From the NCBI GenBank assembly GCA_013265495.1, contig MU058065.1, forward strand, positions 310,001-374,000: DNA of 64,000 nt, given 5' to 3'. Below, one piece after another: positions 36,366 to 49,607 of the stretch. The DNA is from Vicugna vicugna. Lineage: Eukaryota. Under the pieces are notes generated by a model. That model did no database searches. It worked only from the letters and a program-made list of their open reading frames with translations, and had not been told where the DNA came from. Each line of letters begins with the position of its first letter. Position 1 is the first letter of the stretch. A program made the position numbers and the translations under genes.

Positions 36366-39140
36366 GGGTAAATTTTATAATTTTCATTGGAAATAGCTTT
36401 TTCCAGAATATTAAAAAAAATTGCTTTCGTATGTGATATTTTCCTGGAGAAGCCTCATTTAGCTCTGTCTAATGCTTTAAAGTATTTTCCTTATAAGTAC
36501 ATTTTTTATTGCTAAAGCTCATATATTTTACAGTACTTACATCTTCTCAATGCTCAAGTTCTCCTTTTATATTTTGTCTACTAGTTTTTTTTTCAAACTA
36601 ATAGTTCCCATCCCCCCAAAACAAAATCAAGGTGTCCATGTTCACAGTAGAATCATAAAATGATATTTAGACAAGGATGTGTATGATCTGAAAAGTGTAC
36701 ATAAAAGTAAAAACAGCTGCTAGTGAGAAACTAGACTGTTTCTCCCTCCTATGATACACTTTCTACGATGAAAAGCACTTCCAGAAGTCAGTGCATTCAA
36801 AATCTGCAACATAAAAGAATACTTTGGGAACTTCTCATTGAAGGGATACTGATTTTTGATGCATGTTCATTAGCAATAGATTTAGCGCCCTGCAATAAAA
36901 TTGGTTTTAGAAACACTTTGCACTCATCCATTTATATTTCAGGAATAATTGCAAAGTGGCTATTGTCAGATTTATTTCCTAGAATCCCAAACTGCGAAAA
37001 TAGATATCCTATTTATCTCTCTGTCTCTGTCTCCCTCTCTATGTAGATACAATCTATCTTGTCTGTTTGTCTATTGTATCTGTCTATCTATGTATCTGTC
37101 TTGATAGTACACGTTTGGCAATCACATATGAGTGGATCGCTGCAGTGACTTAGCACATTCTTTTTTCTGCTGACTCATCAGAGCTGCCTCAATATTCTTG
37201 TACAAAGTACAAGGTGTCTGAGTGGATAACTGAGATTCTCCTAAGTCTAAAAAGATATCAGGTTGACTTTGGTCTTCTGTATATATAACCTTTTTTTTTT
37301 AAACGAACCTGATGGAAAGCAGGACATATGTGGTAATGCTGGGTTTTGAAGTGCCTATGTGAGCAGGCAGTGTCACAGAAAGTGACTCTTCGCCCTATTT
37401 CTGCAGTATCTGATAACCTATGATGTTGTCTTCATTTGGCTTTCACAAAGTCAAGGTTGTAGGTTGACCCTGAGGACAGACCATGGCCACCACCTGCACC
37501 CTGTTCTCAGCTGACTGTGTACAGTTGTGGCTGATGCTCCCAAGTTTGAGGAGGAAGGAAAGTTGGGCAGAGATCAGCGCCAATGTATTCTTGCTAGTGA
37601 CAGACTAATTCACCATCTATCTACTTGCCCCTGGAAAGCGGCAAATCTGTAGCATCATTTCCGTAAATGAAGGAGAGTGTGTTTCTGTGGACACCTATTA
37701 GTGGGAAAGGGCAAATTGCTGGTTTTGGAAGCAGTTTGTCCTTTTGAGAATCAAGCTTCAAAAATAACAGATGCCTCAAAAGCAATTCTGAAATATTGCA
37801 TGAGTGTCAAACCCTGGCACGGTTGGCAATCTTTCTATTTTTGTGAAATTATACATGGTGCACATTATACTATACTTCTATCTGGATTTCTATTGACAAC
37901 TGGCTAAAAGTTGAAAAGTTCTGTGTAGTAAAGCCAAAATTTCATACAGACAAACCAAATAAAGGCTATTTACTTTGAGACTTATTTTATCCTGTGTGGC
38001 AGCTACGAGTTCCAATTAGACACAGTGTATATTTTCTCCTAGTCTTGACGTCCTTTGTGCTTAACACAGCAACAGATCACAGGATTTATTTTCCCTGGTA
38101 GAATCTACTGTGAGTTAGAACCACCTTGTCTTCCTGAATCTCACTTACAACAGTACTTTGTCTTAGGAAATTGAGTTAGAATTGAGCATGGTTGTAAGAA
38201 AAATAAATAGTACCTCTTGATAAACTAGAGTGCTTGGCAAAAGTGGTTTCCACCCAGGGCTGAGACAAATCAAGGCGGGGATATGATGCTTATTCTAACT
38301 GATAAAAGATTTCTCAGGGCCCCCTATGAATCCCTGACTCCCATAAATGAAAGCAGGCGCTCGTTTGGCTTTGCCAGGCAGTAAAGTCTTCAGACTAACA
38401 AGAGTAATTATAGAGCAGCCTCGTCCACAGGGCAATGGATTGAACAAAAAAATTGGGAAAAGAGCAGCCACATATGTTGTTTGTTCTTGTAAAAACTACG
38501 ACTTTACACAGTGAATTATACTGCATTGCTAATATTGCCTCATCACATAGGTGCATTTTTTGGGGTGTGTTTAAAGACAAGCACTTCCAGTGGCTTCCAG
38601 CCAACCAGAGCCCCCGTCACTCAAGCCTTAATTTTAGGGTCTCCCAGATGCTTTTGTATTTATGTCAAATTAGATGCCAGTTTCAATTCTTGAATTATTA
38701 ATTAGTTTGTGTTTTTCTTTAAATAGGTCCACAATTGCAATCTTACAAGGGCTTTTTAAGGCATTGATGTTTTTTCATTTTTTGCAGTTTTTAAGTAGAT
38801 TACCAAGAAATAAGTCATCTCTGTGGGGCCTCCCATCTCTCTCTCAATATCATCCAAAAAAGGACAAAAACAAAAACAAAAAATCTGCTTAGTTGAATTT
38901 TATTTTGAACTCGATGGAAATTCACTACTAATTCATAATAGACATCTTATCCATGTCAACAAATGCTTGGAGTTTATTATATGTTTAGTTAACATACTTA
39001 CTCATTAAAAAAAAACTGGAAAATCAGCCTTGCTGACTGTTCTTTATCATTTCAAATGACAACCTAGATTTTGGTTGTAAACAGAATTATCAAGTTGTTT
39101 GTGTCTGTCTTCACTTAGGATGATATAACATAATGATTTT

Positions 39141-39257
39141 CAAAAATGTTTTATTTATTTACTTTTTTCCTTCAAACAGAAGTGCTGGGGATTGAACCCA
39201 GGACCTTGTGCACACCCAGCATGTGCTCTACCACTGAAGGAAACCCTGTCCCCCCCC
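39141..39257 (-). mobile_element. tRNA-derived SINE (Vic-1-like) with TSD
   Basis: gctggggattgaacccaggaccttgtgcac...gctctaccactga; TSD AACATAATGATTTT 39127-39140 / AACATATTGATTTT 39258-39271. Confidence 0.9.
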
Positions 39258-39728
39258 AACATATTGATTTTGCTTGCTGATGAGTAAGGAGTAAAATCAA
39301 GGTAAGGAAGATGTGGAGGAAGGCTGGCCAGCCTGCCTACGACAGCAGATGTGATTTATTCTCCCCCAGCTGAGTCCAGAAGTCTGGCTAAATTCAAAGC
39401 ATCAGTGGCTTCAGCAAAGGGCACTGGTGCTTGAGCTGACAACTAGGACGGTGAAGGTCAAAGTCATGGTGAAGGGAAGGAGAACAGAAACTAAGTTCAC
39501 CTCTGGGGGAAGAGAGGTTGGAATGACTTAACCGAAAAAGAAAAAAAATCACTCCTCTTCGCTCGTTCACAGTCTGGGAGTCAACGGTGGACCTCTTATC
39601 TCGGGAGAGGCTGCAGTGGGCAGCGGGAGCTGTCTGTAGTTTAGACAGCTGGGGAGGTACCGTGTTTGGACTGTGTTTTCTTAAACTCTCTATTTGTCTG
39701 TTTGGCATCCATTCATCACAGGGCCAAT

Positions 39729-40273
39729 TGTATTAACCGTATTTTCTTTTTTCCTGTATCCCTGATGGTCCGGCCTTTGTGGCCTTGCTGATGGGGTCAG
39801 AATGCCTCTCCCAAAGCTACCCAGCTTGCAGAACAGCTGTGGGTTCACCTGGGAAGATGCCTTTCGTACGTAAACGAAACAATCCAGAGCCCACACCCCA
39901 ACCGTCTCTTTTCTCAAACTCTTACCCACCAAGCTGACATTCCCCAGCTCTAAATCAACCCAGGGCCAGGTGCCACACAGCTAGGGGCCGCTCCTAAGCC
40001 CCAAAACTAGCTGGAATTATTCAGACTAGCCAGTCCTAAGCCGCTCACCCTGTCCTGCCTTGTCTTTCCCACGGAAGTCACAATAGCGTCTCTTTCTCCT
40101 TCCACTTCCTGACCCAAACTGGTGCTGTCCCATGTGGCCCTGCATGATGTGGCATGTTCCCTCTTCGCAGGAAATATAAGTAATAAAATTCCTCTTTCAA
40201 TGGTATTGGTCACTCCATGTCATCACTCAGTCACTTCCATAATTTGAAACCCTGTGGGAACATTTTTGAGACG
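39729..40273 (+). mobile_element. ERVL solo LTR (MER74-like)
   Basis: tgtattaacc start; caatccagagcccacacccc, aattattcagactagccagtcctaag, cccatgtggccctgcatg, aagtaataaa. Confidence 0.8.
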
Positions 40274-40718
40274 CACAACATTGTTTGTGTTGTGCGTGGC
40301 CTGGGGGCAAGAATTCTCTTGGAGTCTATTTTCCAGTGTTTAGGGTATTTCAAAGGATCTCTCTTGACTTAGCACTGAATGGACCAAGTTTATATGTCAT
40401 CATCTTGGGAAGTTAGGGTTGTTTGGAACAGGCAGAGACAAAGAAATGGGTAAACAATATTATTGTCCAGCAATAGTTTCAGTTCAGCCAATATGGACAC
40501 AGAAACAGAGAGATTTCATGTTGGGAGACCTATTTTAAGCATTTTTCAAAGTCCAAGTTTTCTGTTCATTGGCCGGACTCTTAATCTCAATTCCAGGGCT
40601 CAGTCTAAAAACATAGATTTGCCAAGCACCCTGCTAAGTGCTATGAAGGCTGAAAACTGAAACGAGTCATTATTTTTACTCTGAAAAGCCACATGATCTA
40701 ACTATTTGTAACACCATT

Positions 40719-41745
40719 TGTGTTAGCCTGGGTTTTGTAGACATAGAGACCAAGATGAGATTAGATGTGCAAGAAATGTACTGAATGGCAGGTCTCTGAA
40801 GACATGTGGGTCTCTTGCATTTCTGCACATCTTGTGAAGAGCGGCTCTGACTCCCCCTTGTTCCAGGCTATCTCTTCAAGGGTGTGTTTATAGCAAACAG
40901 CCTTGGGCATGAGAGAGAGTGTTTTCTTCCAGAGTAAAGCACAGGTTGCTTACTGTCCGGTATTATAAGGAGACAATGTCTCTCTTCCAGGTGAAGTTCA
41001 GGCAGATTTAATGCTCATTATAGAAGATACAATTTTTCTAAGCTTGGGGAAACCCTTCCATGAAAACAAAATAAAACAAAGCAAAACAAAACCCTTCCAA
41101 AACAAAAAACAAAAATGGAGACAACCCCATTCTCCCTACTGTGTTAGGGTTGTCACCTGGCTCTCTTGATATCACCCTGTAGGGCAAATGCAGACCCTCT
41201 GGCTATTGCTACAGCTGTGAGCAAAACACCGTCCTTTGCCTCTAACCCAAGAGTCTCTTGTCTTCTGCCAGCATCCATGAAATGCTGGCAGGCTAACTTC
41301 CTAGCTTTCAAGCAAGGATAAAAATACCAGAAGTTTCAGAATTCTTGACAGAATACTTATGAAGGAAAATAGGGAGGAAAATGATAGCTTGCGACAGCTG
41401 TCAGACCGTGATACAGGTCTGACCCTTGTATAACAGAGAGGGAAGGAAAGAAGGTTAGGTGCAAGAATCTTGGATGATGTGCAGCTATAAGAAAGTTTTG
41501 GCGAGGCTGATGAGGAGCCTTCCAGCCAATCTCACTCTTCAGAGCTGTTTCACATCTCATATGAATGGAACGGACTGCTTTGGTGTGTCTGCTGCACTCA
41601 GTCGTTGGCTGGGAACAGCGCATGGGAAGCTTGGTCCTGGATCAGAAGTGCTGGTGGATTCAGAACACAGCAGCTGGGGACATCAGTCAAGGATCTTCCT
41701 TACAGTGGGCGATTTGAGGGGCACATTGTCCTGGCTGCCACATCA
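40719..41745 (-). mobile_element. LTR16-like ERVL LTR, split by a nested LTR
   Basis: gagaccaagatgagattagatgtgcaagaaat before 40782; tcagaccgtgatacaggtctgaccc...gagagggaaggaaagaagg after 41350. Confidence 0.6.
40782..41350 (+). mobile_element. ERVL solo LTR (MER76-like), nested
   Basis: TG...CA termini; cttgcatttctgcacatcttgtga, tgtcttctgccagcatccatgaaa, ggcaggctaactt, ttcttgaca end. Confidence 0.7.
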
Positions 41746-41849
41746 GTGAATCGTCCTGTGATTCCCAAACTCCTTTATTTTAAAAATGAGTTTGGCCAGG
41801 ACTTAATTTAAATCTTTAAATACAGGGAATATTTAAAGGTTAGGTTGAA

Positions 41850-42065
41850 GAGTGTGTTGGACAGACTCTTGGCTATAAGTATGTGAAACCCAACTCATAG
41901 TAACAAGAAAAAAAAAAGGAGTTTATGGTTTTGTGTAACTGAAGAGTCAAACGTAGTGGTAGAATCTTTCAGAGACAGCTGGGCTGGGAGATCAGAGGAT
42001 GGCTCTTGTCCACCTTCAGCTCTGCTTCTCTCTCTGTTGGCTTTTCTTCAGGCTTCCATGGGGTG
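41850..42065 (-). mobile_element. MLT1J-like MaLR LTR fragment
   Basis: gaaacccaactca...ggagtttatggttttgtgtaactgaagagtc...ttcagagacagctgg...ctctgcttctctctctgttggctt. Confidence 0.6.
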
Positions 42066-42077
42066 CTTACTTTCACG

Positions 42078-42937
42078 TTTTTTTTTTTGTTTTTCAAGTA
42101 TAGTCAGTTTACAATATTGTGTCAATTACAGCATAATAGTTCAGTCATACATATGCATACATATATTCATTTTCATATTTTTTTCCACTATGGGTTACAA
42201 GATATTGAATATAGTTCCCTGTGCTATACAGTAGAAACTTGTTGTTTATCTATTTTATATATAGTAGTTAGTATCTGCAAATCTCAAACTCCCAATTTAT
42301 CCCTTCTCATCTCCTTCTTCCCCTGGTAACCATAAGTTTGTTTTCTATGTCTGTGAGCTTGTTTCTGTTTTAGAAATAAATTCATTTGTCTTTTTTTTTT
42401 TAGATTCCACATATAAGTGATATCATATGGTGTTTTTCTCTTTCTTTTTGGTTTACTTCACTTAGAATGACAATTTCCAGGTCCACCCATGTTGCTGCAA
42501 ATGGCAGTGTTTTATTATTTTTTATGGCTGAGTAGTATTCCATTGTATAAGTATATCACAAATTCTTTATCCAATCATCTGTCGATGGACATTTAGGTTG
42601 TTTCCATGTCTTGGCTATTGTAAATAGTGCTGCTGTGAACATTGGGGTGCATGTATCTTTTTGAATTAAAGTTTCCTCTGGATATATGCTCAGGAGTGGG
42701 ATTTCTGGATCATATGGTAAGTCCAATTTTAGTTTTTTGAGGACTCTATTGTTTCCCATAATGGCTGAACCAAACTACATTCCCACCAACAGTACAGGAG
42801 GGTTCCCTTTTCTCCACACCATCTCCAGCATTTCTCATTTGCAGACTTTTTAATGATGGCCATTCTGATTGGTGTGATACTTCACTCCAATAGACACATG
42901 AAAAAATTCTCAATATCACTAATTATCATAGAAATGC
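42078..42937 (-). mobile_element. Young L1 3' portion with 5' inversion
   Basis: Poly(T), antisense 3'UTR and ORF2 end (LKKLKLDLPYDPEIPLLSIYP...WKQPKCPSTDDWIK) to 42886; then plus-strand ORF2 piece 42887-42937 ([16 protein letters not shown]). Confidence 0.92.
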
Positions 42938-45900
42938 TTTAGTGTTTTTATAGCTATTACCGTCAAAGAAAAAGGAGGCTCTGCTCTCTGATGTGCCAGC
43001 AAAAGCCTTTGGATTGACGATCAGTGGCCCATTTTGGATCAAATTTATTGTCACAACCAGTTGTGTTTGCTTGAGGGACAGTATTCTCTGATTGGTCCAT
43101 CTTAGGACAGGACAGGTGAGTGGAGTGATGAACAGCCCAGTCAAGCGGAAGGCCAACAGTTGCTTAAAAGGAGTGACGCTGATTAAATAAAGGACGTTTC
43201 TCTTCTCAAAGCTTCAGCGATGGCGATGACTGCTGAGGTGGGATACACTTGGGTGAAGAAGAGAAGTCTGGCATCATCTGCGAATACAGGGGTTAAGAGA
43301 AACGTGGACAGAGACGGCAGGTGCAGTCAGCAGTACAGTGCTGGGATTTGAGTCCCTCTCAGGCAGACTAGGAGCCTGCAGGCTACATATTGAGGCTTCT
43401 TACCTTGTTATGGTTTGTAATACGATTTTGGACACCAAAAGACATCCCCAGGTGACATGGCCTCTAAGAATGACTGTTAATCTGGAGCAGGGAAGCATAA
43501 CTAGATAATAAGACTTCTAGAAATCCAGAGAGAGAAGCGACACCTTTTATTTGTGGGGAGGTGGGTGGAGAGGGGAAAGAAAGCATTGAAAACTATTTCT
43601 TTTAGAATATTTAATTTAGTAATTTGTAAGTTTGGCTTTGTGAAGTCTTTCTTCAAATACAAGAGATTGTATAACAGTTCTAGGGCCCGAAATGGGCTTG
43701 TCTTGTTTCTTACCTTCTTTGAGGTTCAAGTTATCAACACACTAAACTGATGAATACAGTTCTTTGTTGGGCATTTTATCTAGCGTCTTTTTGGACTCGG
43801 TGGTCTCAGTATTTCTTTTCTAGCTCATATGCAGAGGCAACCATGGTACTGAGTAAGGCGAGGAGTTAGAATATCTGTGTTCTGGATCCCCGCTCCCTTT
43901 GTCCTTAGAAAAATCCTTTTAGCATCTGGAGGAAAAGTGAATATGATGATACATTTCTTTAAAATGTGTGAAGCCATATTACCCAAAGGTAAGCCCTATT
44001 TTCACATCAGTTTCACGGGGGGGGGAAGGTGAAGATATGATGCAATCATCTATTTTGTTTCTTTTAAATACAGCACGTAAGATGGAATCTCTTTTCTCTA
44101 CACCCAGGATGATTTCTGCCATTCAGTTTGCTTTTAAAACGAGAGTTGGGGTTTCATAATTCAAACGCAAGCAAACCTGCAGATCCCCACAAGCGGCGTG
44201 GTGAAGGAGTCCTCTTATATTCTTCTTTGTTTCGGTAACTGTCGGTCTCTAATTTATTTCCTTTGAGAAACAGCTTATCGCATCATCAACTCATTAGTGG
44301 CTTAATACAGGGTAAGCTGATTCTAGGTGATCTGACAGCGAATGTTCACACTGCAGAGCAATCAAGCTAATAAAAATACCTTTTGAGGATATTTCTCCTG
44401 CATGTATCACTGCGGCTGATCTTGTTAGATTTGTTACATTGTATGCATGTGAGCATCTTCAGTGCTTCTCAGCACTCTGCTCTTGGGATCTTGCATGCAC
44501 TGTGGTCTTTGCAGGAAAAAAAAAAGCCACTTGAAGCCAATATATTTAGGGGGAAAGGAGATGAAATTGTTCATATATTATCCCTTGGTTCTCAGTTTGT
44601 TACTTGATCAAGATTTCCCAAGATTCAGTCTGAAAGAAAATCTGAGATAATGTTATTAAAGGACGCAGGAATTAGTTGGAGAAGTTAACTTAAGCTGAAA
44701 CAAAGAAGATTCACACTGCATACCCAGGGAGAAATGGAGGAATTTGAAACCCATCCGAATCCTTTCCTTTTATTCTGTCTGCAAGAGGCTAAAACATCTG
44801 GTGAATCACGTCAAAGATTCAGTCAGTCATCCCTGTGTTTGGTTTTTATGTTGCCAGACATCTGGATTGACTGAATTTCTCTTTTCTTTAATTAAATCAA
44901 CTGGATGTTTTGGCTTCCTGCAAAATCAGCTTGAGTCTAAATAATACACATTGTCATCCTATTTGTACATTTACTCAGTTGGAATCCTTTCTGTGTTTTG
45001 TTTTAATTGCTATTTATTTCACGATTGATTTAAAATAGTCTTGGATATTGTATGATACATTTGAGTATGAAGTATTAATAAATAAATTGGAGTGACAAAA
45101 TTGACTTGACTGTTTGACTTTGCTTTTTTTTCTGGTAGGAACCATGAACGCTGTCTGCACATTGGGAATGGACGTTGAGAAATTTGAAGGACAGTGCTCA
45201 ATAATTATATAGCTAGTTCTCGGCAGAGATCAAAATAGCCTCTTTGATGTAAAGACAGCTGGCACTGACAATCATTTTAACTGTGGGTAACAAGAACATC
45301 CAATTTATATAATTTATGCATCCCTAGGGTTTTTTTTTTCAGTCTATAGGAATTTGGTTTGGTTTTATATTATTTTCAGATATCCTTTGTATTCTTATCT
45401 GAAAAGGCTTCTGGGCAGGCTGGTGATGGGAGGCGATTTAAAAAGAGATGAAAAGAAACCATGCATGCACACAGACTGGTTTAATGAAATACCATGTTTT
45501 TTAGGAGAGAAATCAAACCTCGAAGTAGACAAAACAAAGTTTATCACTCTAAATATATGTCAGACAGCAACCGAAGAATGTTGGAATAACATCTCAAGGC
45601 TCACTCTGGCACAGTGTTTTCCTGGGGCCTGTCTAGCACACAAGCCAAAAACGGGCGCTGCTTCCTCACTAACGTGATTCTGTTCTTTGGTTTTAAAGAA
45701 ACGAAAGATCGATAGAGAATAGAGGACTATCCTGATGTGATTGTGGTTGATTTTGAACCACAGATGGATTGTGATTTTTCGATTCTTATTCTAATCATTG
45801 TGTTAAATCGGCTACTTTGTATTTCTGTTGCGAGGATTCTATGACACATGTCTAAACACAATACCTATGAGTTATCACCCAAATTGGGCACAACTCCTTT

Positions 45901-46269
45901 CCTACGGAAAGTCCTTCAGCAGACGCTAAGTGAGGTCATTTGCTGAAATAAAAATGAAAGCACACGTTGATGTTACTCGGCTGGATATGGATATACCTTT
46001 ATAGTTTTTCTGGAGCTGATTTTGCAGCTGTTTCTAGTGTATTGAACAGGACTTTATCTGGACTCTCCTCTGATGCTCTCTTGGTGAGCAGAAGGTGCGG
46101 GCACTCGTGCTCTCAATATGTTCCCTCTTAGCTATTGCTCATGACCAGCCTACGCACTATAATTAACAGGGGCCAACACCGGAGCTCAGAGAGGTTTAAA
46201 GCAACTGGCTCAACGTTAAACAGTTCAGCTTTTGGATTAACAGTATTTATTTAAAAAATGTGTTTGTAT

Positions 46270-47160
46270 GTGCACACACACATATTCATTGCAGATCTTT
46301 TGGAAGAGATAGGAAATTAGAAAAAAAAAAGAAAAACATTACTCAAAATGCCATTTCCCTGAGATAATGACTATTAATTTTTTGGAATATGGGTTTCTAA
46401 GTACCCATATATACATAAATATTTAGATAAATACATCCACTTTTGAAACCATAGATTCATACTGAGCACATTATTTTATAATTTTTCTTTTAATAAACAT
46501 AATTAGCAACTTTTTCCATATCACGTGCATTTTTCTGCAGCAGGGATCAAAGAACTCCTTCTGTCAAGGGCCAGATGGTAAATATTTCATGATTTGCAGG
46601 CAATAATGTCTTTGTCCCAACTACTTAACTCTGAGGACGCAGCCACACACAATGCATAAATGACTGGGTGTGACTGTGTTCCAATAAAACTTTATTTACA
46701 AAAAACAGGCAGTGGGTCAGATTTAGCCTGTGGATCACAGTTTGCCGATCCTTGTTCTATAAAATCATTTAAAAAAATGAGACCAATAGTAGTTTCTCCA
46801 GGGCTATATTACTACTTACCTTTAAGTCTTTCTTTAATTTGTGTCTATTTAGTAACAATATTGTGATGAAAATCCTCATGACTAAAACTCAGTACAGATG
46901 TGCTAGATTTTCTTCAGGTTAGTTCCATAGAAGAACTTAGTGCAATGGAGCATCTTTTCATTAAGTGTTTGCTATGTATTGCTAAATTATTGTCCACAAA
47001 GTTGTCATTTCCATTCTTACCAGTGCTGTACGGGAGGGCCTCTTTATCCATACCCTTGCTGACAAAGCATACGATGGTTTTTAAAAAATCTATACCAAAT
47101 TGGTAGAAGAAAAAAGTATCCACATTTTTGAATTTTCTTTTTGATTACTATTGAGATTAA
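46270..47160 (-). mobile_element. Ancient L1ME-type fragments flanking MER58A
   Basis: ccctgagataatgactattaattttttggaatat...; atattgtgatgaaaatcctcatg...; ccatacccttgctgaca. Confidence 0.5.
46541..46754 (+). mobile_element. MER58A hAT-Charlie MITE
   Basis: caggga...aagggccagatggtaaatattt...ctgtgttccaataaaactttatttacaaaaaacaggcag...agtttgccgatccttg. Confidence 0.9.
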
Positions 47161-49607
47161 TTACACATATATTTTTACAGGCTTAATGTTTAATCATAAA
47201 TCAGGCCAATTTAATTTTATAAATGAAGGAAGTATGCAAATTTAGTTTCAGCACATTAAATGACATATCCATAGTTAGATCAACACATAAAGTGTTAGAT
47301 TAGCACATTGGTGCTATTGAAGCAGTCCCTGCAAATCCCTGTTCATCTACTGCATCGATACAATCAACTGGGAGGCGAAATGAAGTCAGATTAGCCCGGG
47401 GGGCATACCCAGCCAGTGTCTGACCACGCTGGAGAGATCAGGCCCTGAGCTCTAGACGGATGCCCGAGGATGAGGCCAAGAACAGAGCTGCAGACTCAGG
47501 TTGGGGGGCGTTGGGGCCAGCCAAGCTGCTGCAAGGCCCCGCCGGGCACAGAGCGCACCGTACGGATTCAAGGACTCCATCCCTTCCTTTCTGTCGTAAG
47601 GTGTTGTGCCTCTACTTCATGTCGCCAGAAGCCACCTTGGGGAGGAGGATCTGGGAAACCAAGCATTTATCTCAAGGGACTGTTTGGACTGTTCCTTCAA
47701 GCCAGGTTAGTCAACTGGATTGTGGTATAATTTTTTCCCTGCTACCCATCAAATAGGGTGTCATGAATGATCCGATTATAAGATCAGATTGTACTACTCA
47801 GTAATGGAGAAATAAAGTACGTTTTCTGCCTGTTGCAGTGTAACCACACGGCGTCCTCCTGCATACAGAGGTTTCATTATGCAAAAACCGGTTCACGTGC
47901 ATGCGCTATTTTTAGCAGTCTCCAGGAAGAGGTGAGCCTTCTCCTCGCCTGATGGTTCCTATACTCTATCCTATATCACAACCTCTACATGCCCACCCTC
48001 CACTCCTGGAATCTTCCAGAAGGCTCCTTGCTTATTGGTGGTGTACTCCTGAAATAAGTAGGTGACAGGGACATACGTTTAGGCTGCCATCTCCTCCAAG
48101 TTGTACCGTTGCCCAGCTTTGTAAAGGTTGTTAACGAAGCTCCAAGGATGAGACTCAGTAACACACTGTGGGTTCCCAGACCTAACTCATGACTGGCCAC
48201 CATCAGTCTGGGGAGCTGATTCTTTGTCGATTTATTTCTTCATTCAGTAAATATTCCCTGACAGGGTTAAGCAGTGGCATTCCAACTGGGAAAGAAAACT
48301 TATTATACATTTCCCCCCCCATGGAGCTTATCGTCTGAGAGGTAAAGAAACAGCAAGAAAGGTAGAGCTGGATGGTGAGCTAAACCAGTTGTTTTCACAC
48401 TAAACCTGCTTTAGAAGATGAAGAGGGGACAATAGAGCCTGGCAAAATATGGAAAATAAAATGATGTATTCGAGTTGACTCTCTAGGAGGCTGGGACTTT
48501 CTGAAAGTCTTTAGCGACCAGATAGCATGAGGATCATAGAAAGGAGACTGAGCAACAATGATTTTGTCCAATTACCTTTGCATCTGACTTAATACAAGAG
48601 TTTCTTATTTAAAGAACTACTTTACACAATAATAGTAAACTGAGGAAAGAGTGGCGTGGAATCACAGGAAATTTTTGCTTCATTTGAAAAAAAAGATTTT
48701 TCCCTGATATTGGTTTGTGATGTCATCTCTGAATACCAAGGAAAAAACCATGTTTACACACATCAGGGAAGTGAAGTCCAAGTATATTCAATATTTATGC
48801 AGAAAAAGAGCACAGCATGTGGAACCCAAACTTGCCTTTGTCCTATTTCCCGGGCGTTTGCTGCTTAGCCGTACTTGGCCACCCGGTCTCGTCGACTCTG
48901 AGGCCCACCCAGGGATCATGGTGTCAGCAAGGAAGGAGCAGTCGCCGTCAGGCGTAAACATGAAAATCTGTGTTAAATGTGTTGACTCACAGCTAACGAG
49001 ATTCCAGGCTTTTTTCTGTAATACGTGATGGAATTTGTAACAATACGCTTGAACAAATCTCTTCTACTGGAACTATGGGGCTTTCATTATAATTAAAAAT
49101 AAAATTAAATAGGAAGATACTTTACATGGAGAAATGTGGTGATGGTGCAGATTATGTTCTCCAGAAGAAATGAGGGAGCTGCGCTTTCTGGTCACCTGAA
49201 TTCAGTGCTCCGGCTTAGCCTACAGAGCTAGGAAAACTGTTAGTGTCCACAGTTACTTCCCTGCTCGGGCTGAAGTCTGATGCATCCTCTTCATCAGGGC
49301 CTTCAGGGCTTTGAGTGCAGGAGCAGTTGCACATTGTCTACAGAGATAAATATCTTGTATGTGACTAACAAATGCTTCATTCAAATACATCATTCCCCCA
49401 GCTTTTTATTTTTTTAAAAATAGAGCCTACTAATAATACACTTGCTAATGGCAAGTCTACGCAGACATAATATTTACACATGTTATCATTTATTTAGCTC
49501 TTTATTGACCACATCCTTCGTTTGTCTGGGAAATCTGCATGTATGTTTCTGGTCCAGTGTGTTTATTGGTAGCAGTCTCCTTGACTCTCAAAAATGTGCT
49601 GTTTGGC

